This document shows, piece by piece, positions 23,868-37,836 of a stretch of DNA of 64,000 bases (position 1 is the stretch's first letter; every line of letters begins with the position of its first letter). Where the stretch lies: NCBI GenBank assembly GCA_051362555.1, contig CM120640.1, positions 12,400,001 through 12,464,000 of the forward strand, written 5' to 3'. Source of the stretch: Lingula anatina. Its lineage: Eukaryota; Animalia; Brachiopoda. The notes beneath the pieces are model-generated. The model made no database searches and had not been told where the DNA came from. It saw only the letters and a program-made list of their open reading frames with translations. Both the position numbers and the translations under genes were made by a program.

Positions 23868-26277
23868 ATGGTGTTTTTCACGTGTAATGCTTGTGGAGAG
23901 TCACTGAAGAAGAATCAGGTAGAGAAACATTACATGACAAAATGCCGGAACTGTGAAGTGCTGTCTTGTGTGGATTGTGGAAAAGACTTCTGGTGAGATG
24001 GCATTATTTTCTGGCTAAATTCTGCCTGCATTATGTTTGTATCATGAAGCAGTCATTAATTATAGATTATTTAAAGATTTTTTAAAAAATGTAAATAATG
24101 TATGAAAATAATGTTTTGAAAAATACATGATAAGTGAAGTTGCTTTTACTTAAAAATGCATCATTGGTACTGAATTATTATATGTAGCTCTATGTATCTT
24201 CATTGCTCAGGGGTGAGGCCTACCAGGAACATGTGAAATGTATTTCTGAGGAGGAAAAATACTCTGGAAAAAACTACAAACCCAAACCTGGCACAAACAA
24301 AGGAGAAGCTAAACAAGAACAATGGACCCAGGTAGAGATAATATTAAAAACAAACATGTCCTTCTTTAGTAAAGAAAAACTAACATAAATTTATCATGAC
24401 GTTACATGGAAGATATTTTTGAATTCTTTAGTAAGCAAAACAATGGCTAACTTGGTCATATAAAAGATTTTGTTCAGTATGATGTATAAACATAGGATGA
24501 TAAAAAAAGGATCTTAGACTGTGGCTCATTGTCACTGAGAATGTCATCAACAAAATATTTAGACCTCAGCATGCACATTTTTTCTTTATTACAATCTTTT
24601 TTAAAGAAACACGTAACATCTTTTTTCATATTCCACAGCAAGTTCAAGAAGCAATTGACAAAGCATCTGCTAATCCAAAATTGCGAAACCTGTTGATTCG
24701 CATGAAAGATTATGCCAACATTCCAAGAAAGCAAGCAAAGTTTGAGGTGGGTAGATTAGTCCTATTTTACTTGCAATTTTTTCTTCAATTACTGCCCCTT
24801 TTTTTATGTTTGTATCATTTTTTTACTGTTTTATGAAAATAGAAAGATGCATTGTATTTTTTTTTCCTTGCAGAATTTTGTGCGAAACAGTCTACGAGTG
24901 TCAGATAACACTTTAATCAAACAAGTATGGGACATTTTGCTATCAGAGAAAAATAAGGTAATTATGCATTGTTTTATACAGAAAAGTTTGAATATGTACC
25001 AAAATAATCAACAGATTTGTGGTTGGGAAATTTTATTGTCACCAGATGCTGTATCAGATTATATGTACTTGATGTCATTCACAAATTCATATTATGCTGT
25101 AGAGAAGAATTGGACAATTGATTCATTAAATGGATAGTTCTATCAGTGTGGATTCTATGTGTTATATGTATTTTGTAGAATGAGAAAGAAGGTGAAAATG
25201 GCACACCCAAGCCATCTGAGGCTCCCAGTACCATTGTAGTTGGAACAGGAAACGGTACCACACAACACCATGAACAAGAGCAAAATGGAAAAAAGAAGAA
25301 AAAATCAGCAGAAAAGGAAAGGAAAAGGGGAGATATATCTGACTCAGAAACAAATAATTTTGGATCATCTGACAGTGTAAATGATATTGAGTGTTCACAA
25401 AATGGAGAGCCTAGTCTCGAAAAGCATAAAAAGAAGAAGAAGAAAAGAAAACAGGAAGAACTGGATGATGAAATTGGGGTCTCTGAAAATGGAAAAACCA
25501 AAAGAATGAAGTCATGTACAGGTAAAATAAGAAGTAATACTTAGCAAGATGCATTGTGAATTATGCTGAACTGTATAGTAGTGGTATTTAATAAGTGTCC
25601 TTTTTGGTTTGCATAGATATTGGTAAAAATTCCTGCGAGTTAAGTCCAAATTATAACCATGCATAATGCACATATTTTGTATTTATTGTCGTATTTGTAG
25701 CAAATAATCAGTCGTGCTGATATTTTCAATACCCTGAAAAAGTGCACAATTGTATTTTATCTCTATTGACGGCTTTTGTTGGATTGGAAATGTTGCTTCT
25801 TCAGAAACAGAAAATACAGTAAAGCTGAATGACACTTTGGAGACAGATGATCTTTCAAAGAAGGGGAAATTTAAATGGGAGGATGTCATCTGCCAGGTGT
25901 TATCTGCAGCAACTGACCAAGAATTGTCTTTAAAGAAACTTAAGAAAAAGGTGAAATTGTTCTCCAGTTTCAGTCTTAAAACATGTTTTTACAACTTTTA
26001 TTAGTCAAATTAGAAAGGTATAGCTGCTTTATGTCTTACGTTAATTGTAATTGCTTTTTATAGGTAGTTTAAAGCAGTTTTTATTTAAGTAATATTTTTA
26101 CACTTGTGTGCAATTTTCTAGACACTTTTTTAAAATGTCTTATTTTAGGTGCTGGCAGAATATTCCTCATATGACAATAATAAACCAGAGGACAGAATTC
26201 TGGCAAAGTTTGAGAAGAAAGTACGAAAAAATCCAAGACTGAAGATGCTTAAAGACAGAGTGAAATTAGTGTCTTGA
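23868..26277 (+). CDS. LYAR: Cell growth-regulating nucleolar protein LYAR. Exons: 23868-23992, 24211-24331, 24639-24746, 24874-24957, 25179-25521, 25805-25950, 26149-26277
   Basis: MVFFTCNACGESLKKNQVEKHYMTKCRNCEVLSCVDCGKDFWGEAYQEHVKCISEEEKYSG (LYAR-type C2HC fingers), NIPRKQAKFENFVRNSL, Lys-rich linker, C-terminal KFKWEDVI...LSLKKLKKKVLAEY...KFEKKVRKNPRLKMLKDRVKLVS*. AATAAA at 26318. Confidence 0.95.
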
Positions 26278-27123
26278 AGTCGGCAGGCTTCTTAAAAAAA
26301 AGTGAACTGTTTTTAATAATAAATTGTGATGCTGCAGATTTTGTGTTGTCTATAGTTCTAGTTTTCTCTCAGGTGATCTAGCATTTTCATGGCATTTTTT
26401 GAAATAGCAGGATCTTGAACCTTTGAAATAGTGATAATAACCAGTGTTTGAAAAAGTTTATTTATTGTAAAAGTAAGAAAAAATAATAATTTTAATACAC
26501 CCTATATTGAGTTGAATTAATTCATGTATTTCAAGAATCGGACGATTATATGATGCTTATTGTTTCTACATTGTAAAACACTGAAATAAATCTACTTAGC
26601 TCTTTGATGCAAAACCAAATTTTACATGTAGATATTTGTGCTGTTTGACCCTAATTTGGAAAAAAAAACACGTTATAAAGGAATCTTACTGTACTCCTGA
26701 AGAGGAAATTGATTTCTTCGATATGTCAAAAGCTGGTGCAGTGCCGTGTAAACTAAAGCACAGCTAACACAATCAGGATTTCATCTGGGATCCATTAAAT
26801 AAATATTACAAGCTCTAACAAAAAGGATTAGAATTATTATTTACGATTAAATCAGTTATTATTATTTGTATGTGGGTGCAATAGATAATCCATTGGACAC
26901 TTATTTCCCTAACCGTCTGAGATACCCCCTTCTCCCTCAGAACGAGAGAAAATCAATTTTTTCAATCTCTGTGCCCTACATATGTAAATTGTCCTCGTCT
27001 TCTGTTTTATATCTGCTTAGCAAAGTGTGACAAATATCGTACCCCTACACTCCTGCTTGGCAACACCATAATCTTTGGCATCTTCGAGGACTAACTTAGA
27101 TACATTTGGCTAAACTGGGAACA

Positions 27124-27125
27124 AT

Positions 27126-27160
<35 letters not shown>

Positions 27161-27163
27161 TTT
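27124..27163. repeat. (ATTT)n microsatellite
   Basis: Tandem TTTA units. Confidence 0.9.
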
Positions 27164-30077
27164 TCTGATCCTTGAATGTACCCCCTTTCATTCTTTTTAT
27201 CAGTATGCAAATTTACATGGAAGTGATTTAATTGTTGTTGTGACTCCTGTCACCACCGTGTTGTGTCGCTACATACATAAAACAAGTGCACGCAATCAAA
27301 AACAGATTTTTATTGTAAATGAATGCATTCAACCTTCCTGTTTTGCTGGTTTGGCTCATATCGATGGTCAGTCTTTGACGTCAGAACTCATGTAATCACT
27401 TATTTTTGGCTAATCATCAGTTGTAATTGTGCCGATGCGTTATTGCTTTATTATAATACCCCATTATGAACATTATAATAGACTGATTAGTTGATAAAGC
27501 GACTAAAACAAAAGGAAGAGGGAGGTAAAACAAACCGATGGGCAACGCACGTGCGTTTGGCTATTATAATCTCTCAGTGGTGGTAAGATCAATATTCAAT
27601 CTATATTCCTAAATGCCGTTTCAATTCATTTCTGTTCACTGTGCTGTACCTCACAGTGTTTAAACTACCCCCAAAGTTTATTAGATTTCGATTGAAAAAG
27701 CATAATTACTCCCATTGCTACCAACACTGATTGCCTGCGTAAGCATTAGACGCCGGACGCCTTGAGATTATTTCATTTTGATCGGAGTTAATTTCTTTTA
27801 AATGTCATTCAAAGTATAAGCAGTTATACTTTGGGAAGTCAAAATGCGTTGACAAGATAGAATAGATATTGCATACATTTACTTTAATATTTTTCTTATC
27901 CTTAGATATATTCTAATAATTGATTTGATTGTATTGCGACGCTGATATATTTTTATATTTTTTCTGGTAGTGTATAATGGGGAAAATACCACACTAGCGC
28001 TAGAGGTTTTTGTTATTTTCATTTAAAATTCACTATTTTTCATAAAACGGTAGTAGGGCAAATTTACTTGTACTTGTATATTTTATATTAACGGGAAAAA
28101 ATCGAACATGTGCGTGACAGTAAGTGATTTTTACTTCATATTTCTTTCTCTTCAACTTGCGCTTGCTAGCGACCACGCTATTTCTTTGTTTTCGCGGCGC
28201 CTTATAAATCTGAACTGTCAACTTCTTTGTGTAATGATGTCCAAATAAAGGACCCCATCAACTGTTATTGAGAACTATTAGAAGGCTATGAAGGCGATTT
28301 GTACAATAGTGAGAAAAATTAAGCGGGTTCCTGAAACAATTAATAGGAAAAGTTACCCGTTTTAAAGGTCATCAATCCTGCCTGAGCCTGTTATTATACG
28401 TCTGATGAACGCCGGGTTCCAATAATTAAACGGCCATTAATCACAAAGAAATCGTAATTACTCGGAATTAATAGAAGATGAATTTATCTATTATTCATTG
28501 AAGGAAGAACACAACATTTGTTAACCTTCTCAGAAATAGATAGCGATATTGTCTGAATCTATCGCTTGAATTTTTTTCGTTCGAAATGCGGCTATAATCG
28601 TGATCCCGGGCGAGAGCAGTAGTGCCTGACTTCCGTCGCTCTTCTCTTTAGTTGCCTCAGTCTACTTCGTTTTATTCAAACTTATCGAGGCATTCAAATC
28701 CCCTTTTTTTCGAAAATGAACACTCAGTTAATTTGACGGAATTATTGTGGTGAACGACCTTTTATTCAACAAAGACAGTACTACTGTTTTTGGAACCAGG
28801 GCCAAACCTTTCACCTTCCACCGCACGTAGGTATGATCTCTTTGATCAGGTATTTCAGTGTAAATTACGCTGTACATGTTTAATCAGTTTAAAACAACTA
28901 ATCTTCTAAGTAGATGGTAGGCTCCTCCTTTGATTAGCCTTGTTATTGTGTACATTGACTCACCTTGAATAGGTAATAACCACAACACCTCGTTGACTTC
29001 ACCGTTAAACGGATTAAGGGGTTCTCCAACTTAAAGACAAACTGTGGAACCCAATCATCGCTACCAAAATATGGCTGCGGTTTTCTCGAAAGTCATCATC
29101 TTTAGGTGCGGTGCTTTTTGACCAGAGGACTGTAAAATTGCAATTCTTAAATATTATTGTTATGCGAGTTATTACACACCGATTACCCGGCAAATGTTTA
29201 CTACTTTTTGTTTACTACAATCAGTGCCGCCGGTGAAGTATTTGCTTTTCGTCTGAATTTCGCATATTGTGAGAAAAGCAATCTTTACTAACTTTTGATT
29301 TTTTTTTTTTTTTTTTTTTTTTGTTACGTGCAAGTAAGCATCCTATTATTTACAATAATGCATCCTGTTTTATCTGTATTTCTCCTAAATTCTCTTTTTC
29401 ATCTATCAAATTTTTGCACACTGAAAAATATGTTTAATAATTTACGTGCATACTAATAATTTATTTTTCAACATCTTTAATGCAATGTGCTTCTTATAAT
29501 AAAAAATACGGCTCTTTGACATTATTATTTTTCAGGTTTATTTCCGTCGTGCCGTCTACTACATGGATAACATATGCTTGCAGCTCTAACAAAATGCCTC
29601 CTAAAATCACACATTTGTGGGAAGAGATAAAACATGTGCACTTAAAATTATTTTTCCAAATAAAATGCACCACTGAAAAGGTTTTTCATATTGAAAACTA
29701 CTTTGCTTTACTTTAACACATCTTTATATTCTGTTTAAAATTAACGTCAAAGTTTGAAGATAATGTATAGCGAATATTTTCACATTCACATTACTTTAAC
29801 TAATTCATCCTATGTCAGTCTTTAAACTGCAGAATCAGTCTTACTAGTAATGATCACTTAACACCAATTTCAGCCCACAAAAAGACCCTAACTTCGTCCT
29901 AAACCAGTCCAGACTTGGGGAGATCTCCGGGGAGGTAAGTTCCTAATTAGGACAATAAAAGGATTGTGACTTAACACTTTGTAGTAAAATGGGCATTGAC
30001 CCAATTTTATCAATATTTATCGAACATCCACCTTAATGAGACCCCCCTCGCTCTTAAGGAATACTGTTAGATGGCCT

Positions 30078-30170
30078 GTGATTGGTCAAGTCGTGCCAGC
30101 ATTGTTGCTCGCATTCCGCCAACCTGTATAAAAGGAGGGCCATTGAAGGAGTGTGTACATTCATTCCGCA
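30078..30170 (+). promoter_or_regulatory. Core promoter of Not paralog 1 (inverted CCAAT, TATA box, Inr-like)
   Basis: ATTGG at 30081-30085, TATAAAA at 30127-30133, TCATTC about 30 nt downstream. ATG at 30268. Confidence 0.6.
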
Positions 30171-30267
30171 ACTTGCACAGCTCGCTGTACCTGAACCCAA
30201 TCAGCAGTCAGCAGTGACTTCAACTTCCAAGTGACTTTGACTGAGAAGATCATTACGACAAGAAAAC

Positions 30268-31738
30268 ATGCAGAACCAGATTCATCTCCCGATCAGCGCT
30301 CTCCAGCAGAATCCAATGTTCCAGATGGCCCTGGCCAATGCATTCCCCGCTGGTTTCAACGTCCTAGGCCAGCCGCAACTGCACCCCGCTTTCCTGCACT
30401 CACCGTACGCGGCCAACCAGCTCAGCTACCGCCCCAGCAAGGCCAGCAAGTCCTTCATGATTGACGCCATCCTGGGAAGAGATGGGGAAAAAGAAAACGC
30501 AAGACCAGAAAGTGACCTGAGAGTGGACAGCGTCCACCCTTACCTGTCCTCAGCACACAATGGTTTCCGCAGTGCACTTAATCTTCCAAAAGGTAAATAT
30601 ATCTTTTAATATGTATTTTTATTAGGGTTGAGGTAAAAATTCCGGGTTAAAATGTGTTGTGTCTGAATAAAAAAAAAAACAGATACACCATGTTTTATAA
30701 TTTTTCTAATTCAGCAACACCGAATATTTCACCTATGAGAATTTTTTCAATATTACGATATTGATATTACTAAGCGTGTCAAAAAGACGCTTAAATAAAG
30801 CAAGCGAATTATTTGATTCCCCTACTGTAAAAAAGGGAAAAACTTTAATTTCACATATTATCACAAAAAAAAAAGAAAGAAAATAATAATAATACAAACT
30901 TACAAAATAAATACAGCTTTTGACACAGGTGTTAAAATCGATATATTCGATTGAATTTACTACCACCTGCAAGGAAGATCAGTTGGTCTAATGATGCCGT
31001 CAGGCCCTAATAAACCGATAGGTGTTGCGGCGCGTTCGATCATAAGTCAATGGTCCCGGAAAGGGTTGACTCCCCTGCGTGGTTTTGGTCGATAACATGA
31101 CTCGTTCTCCCCCACTGCGAACAGATCGAAGTTCCGATCATATTTCTCTTTCAACATCACAAAGAACGAAATTATCCGTGAAAAGTCCTGACCACAATTT
31201 TGTCTGTTGATTGGTTACTCAATTTTACTTCATCACTAATTGAGTCTACCTTGGCTTCATTACTAATGCTACTAGAGGTAATTGATTAGTATGAATTAAA
31301 GGTATTACATGGGCATTCCTTTTGAAATAAAAAGTATTTTCAATTACTGACTTTAGCCGAACATATTACTTATGTCACGTTTTCACTTCAGGTAAAGCCG
31401 ATATGAAGTCTTCCGTATCCGAATGGAAACAGAACAAATCCAAGCGCGTCCGCACCATCTTCACCCCAGAGCAACTAGAGCGTCTGGAAGCAGAATTCGA
31501 AAAACAGCAATACATGGTCGGCTCCGAAAGATCCTACCTGGCCGCGACGCTCAACCTCTCTGACGCCCAAGTTAAGGTGTGGTTCCAGAACCGCCGTATT
31601 AAATGGAGGAAGCAAAGCCTAGAGAAACAACAGCAGAGACTGAGACAGCTAGATCTCCTACACAGTGAAGAATCTGGCTGCGAATCCGAAGATGATGACA
31701 GTGCAAGTGACTGCGGCAGCATCGGCAGTGCTTACTAA
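30268..31738 (+). CDS. NOTO: Not/Noto-family homeobox protein, paralog 1 (exons 30268-30592, 31392-31738; 223 aa)
   Basis: eh1 motif SFMIDAIL in exon 1. Homeodomain [60 protein letters not shown]; QQYMVG.ER and RRIKWRK are diagnostic of the Not family. Phase-1 GT-AG intron. Confidence 0.92.
31007..31287 (+). promoter_or_regulatory. Putative intronic enhancer conserved between the two Not paralogs (partner 46560-46874)
   Basis: Colinear shared blocks CTAATAAACC, GTCCCG, ACTCCCCT, CCCCCACTG, ATCGAA, TTACTCAATTT, GGCTTCATTA, TAATTGATT in otherwise unalignable introns. Confidence 0.65.
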
Positions 31739-34700
31739 ATATCACAGTTAAACATATAAACTTGAAGCAGATATGCTTTTGGAAACACCATTGACTTTCC
31801 ATACTTCTTGACTGTGATAATTTCCAATATGTGGTGCCAATGTGGACTTGTAGCGATGTCGTCTCCCTTCGCAGTACCTTATCGTGCCATATCAAATAAG
31901 GTGTGTATTCTACTGATATTTCTTTCCTTAAGTACTTTTTCTGTCTGACTGCTATTTAAACATAAACATCTTATGAATTCACCATTAAAGTACTTTTGGT
32001 TAATTTTGTAATTAATCTTCCCTTACAAATGTATAAGAGAAACCAGAAATGTTGGTAAAAATTTTGATATAAATGCTTTCAAATCATGTAACTTAATTTT
32101 CTTTTCATTTCTCTTTACAGCCAGAAGATGTAGACCATGAGATAATCAAAAAATACCACAGAATGCTTAGAAATCCCTGGACTTAGCTGAAACTCGCTGA
32201 TACGAAGAGTACCGAAAGCGAACTCCATTGAACTGTTAACGTGTAAACCAACACATGTTTATCTTAAAGCAAAAGTATTTTGCTAATGGAATTACGCAAG
32301 CTAAGAGTGGAACATTCTGCTTAAAAGGATACACGAAAGTTTAGAAAAGTTTTTTTAAAAAGTTCATACGTCTCTCGTTACTATAATCCTTAGGAGGGTT
32401 CTACTATTGTAGTTAATAACAGATGAGACATTGCGATTCCACGCAGAACTTCCTAAATGTTTAGAACTAGTAAATGTTAAGCATGTCAGTTACCTCTCAT
32501 AATACTGATCGTTTTGATTAAGTTATTTTATGTTAATATGAAATAAAATATGTGTAAAATGATATAGCTGGTGTTGTTAAATGTTTATGGTTGTGCGTTG
32601 AACTAATTGTCTGCTTGCAACAAACAAGCACGAAAAGGAAAATCTCTTCTGAATTTAAATTGAATAAAAATTAATTCGAAATACGGCTAGCAAAGGATAC
32701 GATTAATTTAGAAAATGGACATAGGTCTGTGTTTCGAATGAACCCCAAATCCCGCGCTGTTGATTTAATTTTAACCTTGTTATGCAACGTAATATTAAGA
32801 AGTTAGTAATATCAGAAAATACCCTGTTGTTCTGATAAACATGAAAACAGTTCACACGATTCAAAACAACTGGTCTGCGAGTACATGCATCTGCACGTTT
32901 CATAGAAGAAAGCCAAAGGCACATTGGACGTTCAGGCTGGCTCCCTTTTATCAACATTCACTCGTTTATTATTGTCGTTGACCTAGGCTGAAATTCATGC
33001 CTATATCGTGTAATATAGTATAATATAAGTCCAATTTTATTCTTGGTGTTTCAAGCTCATCGCTTTATAATGGCGGGCCCTGCTTTTCTTTACTGGGTGA
33101 CCTCAGCCCGGCAACCCCCATTAGTGAGGTGTGAAATAGGCGGAAAAAATGGCATTAAAGTTACGTTAATAACTACGCTTCTCCGACGAAAATTGAGATT
33201 TTACAATGATATTATCTCGTCTTATCAGTGTTAGGATCACGCACACTTCAGTGTGGACTGGTCTACGGTGAAATTGCAAGGAACACAGTCATGAGTGCCA
33301 AATCATCCGGCTGACACATGTCATCGAGATTTAATTACGGCTCTCTTCCGTGCTTCCTGTATTAGGTATCTGATCTATCCGGAAATTATTAAAGTAACAA
33401 TTTTGAAATGTCGTTGAACTTGGGTTTGTGAAGATATTTGATGTGGGTGTGTTTGGGGAATGGAACATTATGGAAGATACTTTTCACATTGACAGCTTAA
33501 TAAAACTACGAAAATGTACGGCAATGTCAATGATAATATTGCATGTTTGTGAGTTTTCTTATTGCGTCGATTATTTCTGTTGGTTCTGAGCTTGAGACTG
33601 ATTTCAGAGTAATCATTGCCAACTGAATGTAAAGGAGAAGAAATAAATGAAACCAGATGAAAAGTATCTTCCTTTCATAAAAGAAAATATATTGTTCAGA
33701 ATGATCCTTGTAAGGTTTTTGTCACTCACTGTTATGTTGTTTTTCCCCCAACCGAGTCGTTTTATTTGAATTTGTGATCTTTTTCATTCACTTTTTCTTC
33801 CCTATTTGTCCATTTATCATCCATTTATTTGGGATTTGTAACCGAAATATAATCGGAAAAGCTGTTTTTTTCTGTTTTTTTTTTCTCGACCATCAAACAA
33901 CAATTACGGTAATATTCAAAATCATAAAAAATTGCAAAGCATAACGTATCAATCTCTGTGTAAACAAATTTCTTTTTATCTATTGTGGTATTATTATTGT
34001 GGTTTTAGCACCATAGACTACATGTATTATTTACAGAATATATTGTTAGGTAAAAGTCATCGCAAAAATGTACTTGTAACAAAATAATAGATCGATGGAA
34101 GGCGAAAATCTGCCTGCGTAAGTTTCATTAGTGAAAAAAGAGCAACAGCGTAGATGGCAAACTGCATTATCAATCCACACACAACCATGGGTCTTTTCTC
34201 ATCAGTGCAATTTCCCCGTGTCTTCACGAGTAGCACAATGATGTTAGTACCTAATTACAGTTACCAAAGGGAAGCCACCCCCGCCCAGAGGTGTGTTTAG
34301 ATCTTATCAGTCGGGTCCCAGTGTGGGCATTCCGGTCATTGTAGCACACACAAAGCCTCCCCATTCCTCTCTGCTATTAAACCACGCAAGGTGAATGAGG
34401 CAATTTTTCTCAAGTTTGTTTTCAATTACTTATCAGTCCTAAGGGGTGGAGAAAACGCCGCTCCAGACACATGATGAGGAAAATTAACTCATTGAAATCA
34501 TTTCAATTAAATTAGCTGATAATAATAGCAAACTTTATTAAAGTTATGGTGGTTGTATTGAAGCCGGGGTATTAAGAGATATAATGACCGCTGGGTGGGT
34601 GAGCATCTTTAGGGAGGAGATAAGAATAACCGTGTGTAATGAACGGGAAAATTACCTCGCTCATTTCTTCACCTTGACAAGGGATGTCATCTTCATTTTC

Positions 34701-37634
34701 AGAGTGAGTAAAACCACGTGTGTGTCAAAGTGTGTCTTTCATACAGGAAAACAGGTACTCGAATAGTTGATGGGATTATAACAGATAATATTTTAAGGCT
34801 CCCACGTTACTTGGTGTTGTTCATTATATGTGGGCATGGGACCATCATGAGAACTTTCACTGCTAGGAATTAGGGACAATGATAAATGGAAATGATCTGA
34901 GAAATGACATTAAATTATGAGTCTTAAATCGTTCCGACCTAATGGTCGTTCAGAAGTTACATACTAACTGATGTCATTTTTCCAGAGAAAACCACGTGCC
35001 TGCACACAAACAGGATTACACACGCACGGCTATCTGTCTCTCTCTCTCACGTGCACACACGTGCACGTTTCTCTTCAGTCAGATTGTTTGATCCATTTTC
35101 TAAGGCAGATCAAACCATTTTTCAGATATCTAATTGCAATCGAAATCAGTTAACTATATCGTCGCTTGTGGTGTGCTGATAAATCTTTATGTTCCACATG
35201 GATTTCCCAATATCTGCTTCTAAAGATAGGCAAAAGAACAAAAGCTCCGATATTATATTTGGCTTGATCTTTAACTTTTACTCCCATCACCTCGACATAC
35301 ATGTAAAAAATCAGCGGCGCGTGGGGCCTTATGCTCTGACATTTTTTCTTACTTTTTATCTTTTCATTAGGCTTGATCCATATCGATATTAAGACGCAGG
35401 AGTCTATTATAGTTCGACCAAGAAGCCTTGCATTAATGAATGACAGGGGGTTCTTTTGTTTCTTCTCACAGTGGGAGAGCTGTCTATGTTTCGGGGCATC
35501 GACAATCGTTATTACTCTTTCAAATATCTCCTCCATAAAACAGTCAATGAGTCTGATTTAATGTAGGCTTTGTAAGGGAAATTATTTGGCACTAATTCGT
35601 CGTTATTTTTGGCAGCTATATGGATTGAAGAATATATAAAAAGCTAAAGGTTATTTAAATCGAATGGTCATGGTTGAGTGGGATATTGTTGAACAATGAG
35701 GAAAAAATCTTTTAGAGATCCCCAGCAACTGCTATCTACATGTAATCCATTGTTTTCAACACGATCAAAGCTCCTTTCTATCTTTAAGACAAACGTTGAA
35801 CAGTGCTGTTTAGATGATCTACAAATGACAGAAATGGAAAAAGAATATTTAATCGAATCGAATCCCTTAATTTCAGGCACAATTTCCGTGTTGATATAAA
35901 TTGAAGTATGGCATAAGAGAATACATACATGTAGTAAATTGATTATTTTATTGCGTTTTTCAGACTGAAGTGTTTTAATAGGCTTTCAATTCTTTTCAAT
36001 CTGGTGCCCATTATTAATAAATTTAGAGATCGGTGGAAAATCTAAAAATATTAGTTTTTTCTATTGTACTATAATTTTTGGTACATCGCTTCAGTATTTC
36101 ACAGGCTGCTGTCTCAATGTGACATTATTTGCCATTCAGCGGTAAGGTGACTCGGGATGTTTTGTTAATGCGTCATAAGTTTTAGTAGGTTATATGATGT
36201 ATTAAATATCTGTTGTTATTGGATTAAATAAATTGTTAGTTGATTCAAAAGAATTCCACTAAGGAACAGAAATTCAATAGTCAACATATACGAAATAAGG
36301 GCGTACGTGAACTGGCACCAGAAATCCATTTGTCTATCGGAGATAAATCATTTCAGGTCCTCACTATGTGATTATGTCATTTTCTTCTCATTTTCTTGTT
36401 AATTTTTTTCCTGAAGTTCGCAATCGATATGCGTACGTCTCAAACTGCTCGGAATCACCATTAATTTTACTTCTCATTTCACTACTCCTACGACCATTGC
36501 CATCGATGTGATAAAGGGTCTGGGTTTATTGAATACCTCTATCCACTAAATCTTTGTATGACAGGAAAGAGAGAACGATAATGATGATAATTACTGAACC
36601 GTAGGCTTGATTCCTTGTCCTCGTAGAACAGCTGGCTGTCCTCGTCGACTAACTCCCCTAAAGGCCCGGGGAATATAATACATCATTTAATTGGTAAAAG
36701 AATTAGAAGGAAATAATTTGTAACATTCAATGTTTACCCCCTCTCGTCGTAAATAGAACCATAATATTTACCTTAAATTTATCAAAGTCACTCCATTATG
36801 GAGGCTATGATAATTTAATAATACACACGCTAGAAGAAAACAGGAGCCTTAATGCTTCATTGTATGCCTTAATAAGATTAAAGGATATTGAGCGAAATCT
36901 AACGTGTATTTATCAACAAGAAATAGGAGCCCTGTCGCGAATGAAAATGAGTGGTAAATATCTACCGGGTCGCTTCATATAAGAACGCTCAGAATATCAT
37001 TTTGCACAGTCGACTGGAAATCAAAAGGTTATTAAAGTGAAATTGACGTTTGGGCCATAGTTATGCACCTGGCATAACAAGCAATGCACCTATTAGGCAC
37101 CTTGATATACAAACTCGCTTACATCTAGACATGTTCATTTCTTCTCCCTTTCTGTGGATGAAATGAATTAATTTTCCGTGCTCAATAAAAGCTAGTCCAA
37201 TTTAAAAGAGGCTTGTCAAAACAATGCGCGACACGCGGCGGTTTGCTGAGTACGCCGCGAGGCGAAAACACGCTACCAGTCAGTGATTTCATCAACATGT
37301 CGGAGACAACATTGGGCTGCAATGATTGTAAAGTTGATTGAAAACAACGAATATTAGACGGTAGTATAAATAGCTTGAATAGCCAGGAGAAATCATGCCA
37401 GCAGTCAGTGATTTTACATTTTGCCAGAGACGACATGGGACTCTCGTGGTTGGAAAATTACATAAAACTAAAAACAGCGTCTGTTGGGCGAAATTGATTT
37501 TAGATTACGATTCATGTGTCGTATTTGTTTGGTTCTCTAGAAGTTCGGTTTGCTATGAAAAAAAACTATTTTTTAACCAATGAACATTTTAATTTTGTTA
37601 ATATCGATGAAAATATATTTGTACCATTTTACAA

Positions 37635-37637
<3 letters not shown>

Positions 37638-37693
<56 letters not shown>
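37638..37693. repeat. (TA)n microsatellite
   Basis: About 28 perfect units. Confidence 0.97.
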
Positions 37694-37698
<5 letters not shown>

Positions 37699-37787
37699 TT
37701 ATTAATCTTTGAATATTTAAGTTACTGGAATTAATTTAGTAATTGAAAGCAGATGTACCATAGATTAAACCTGACGGCCCGGGTTTA

Positions 37788-37836
37788 CTGAGAACTAAGA
37801 TCTAATAAACGGAATATATTAGATCTTAGCTGAGAA
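37788..37836. mobile_element. 35-bp hairpin insertion flanked by a 7-bp direct repeat (minimal MITE or transposon footprint)
   Basis: CTAAGATCTAATA-9nt-TATTAGATCTTAG (37795-37829) bounded exactly by CTGAGAA on both sides. Confidence 0.5.
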
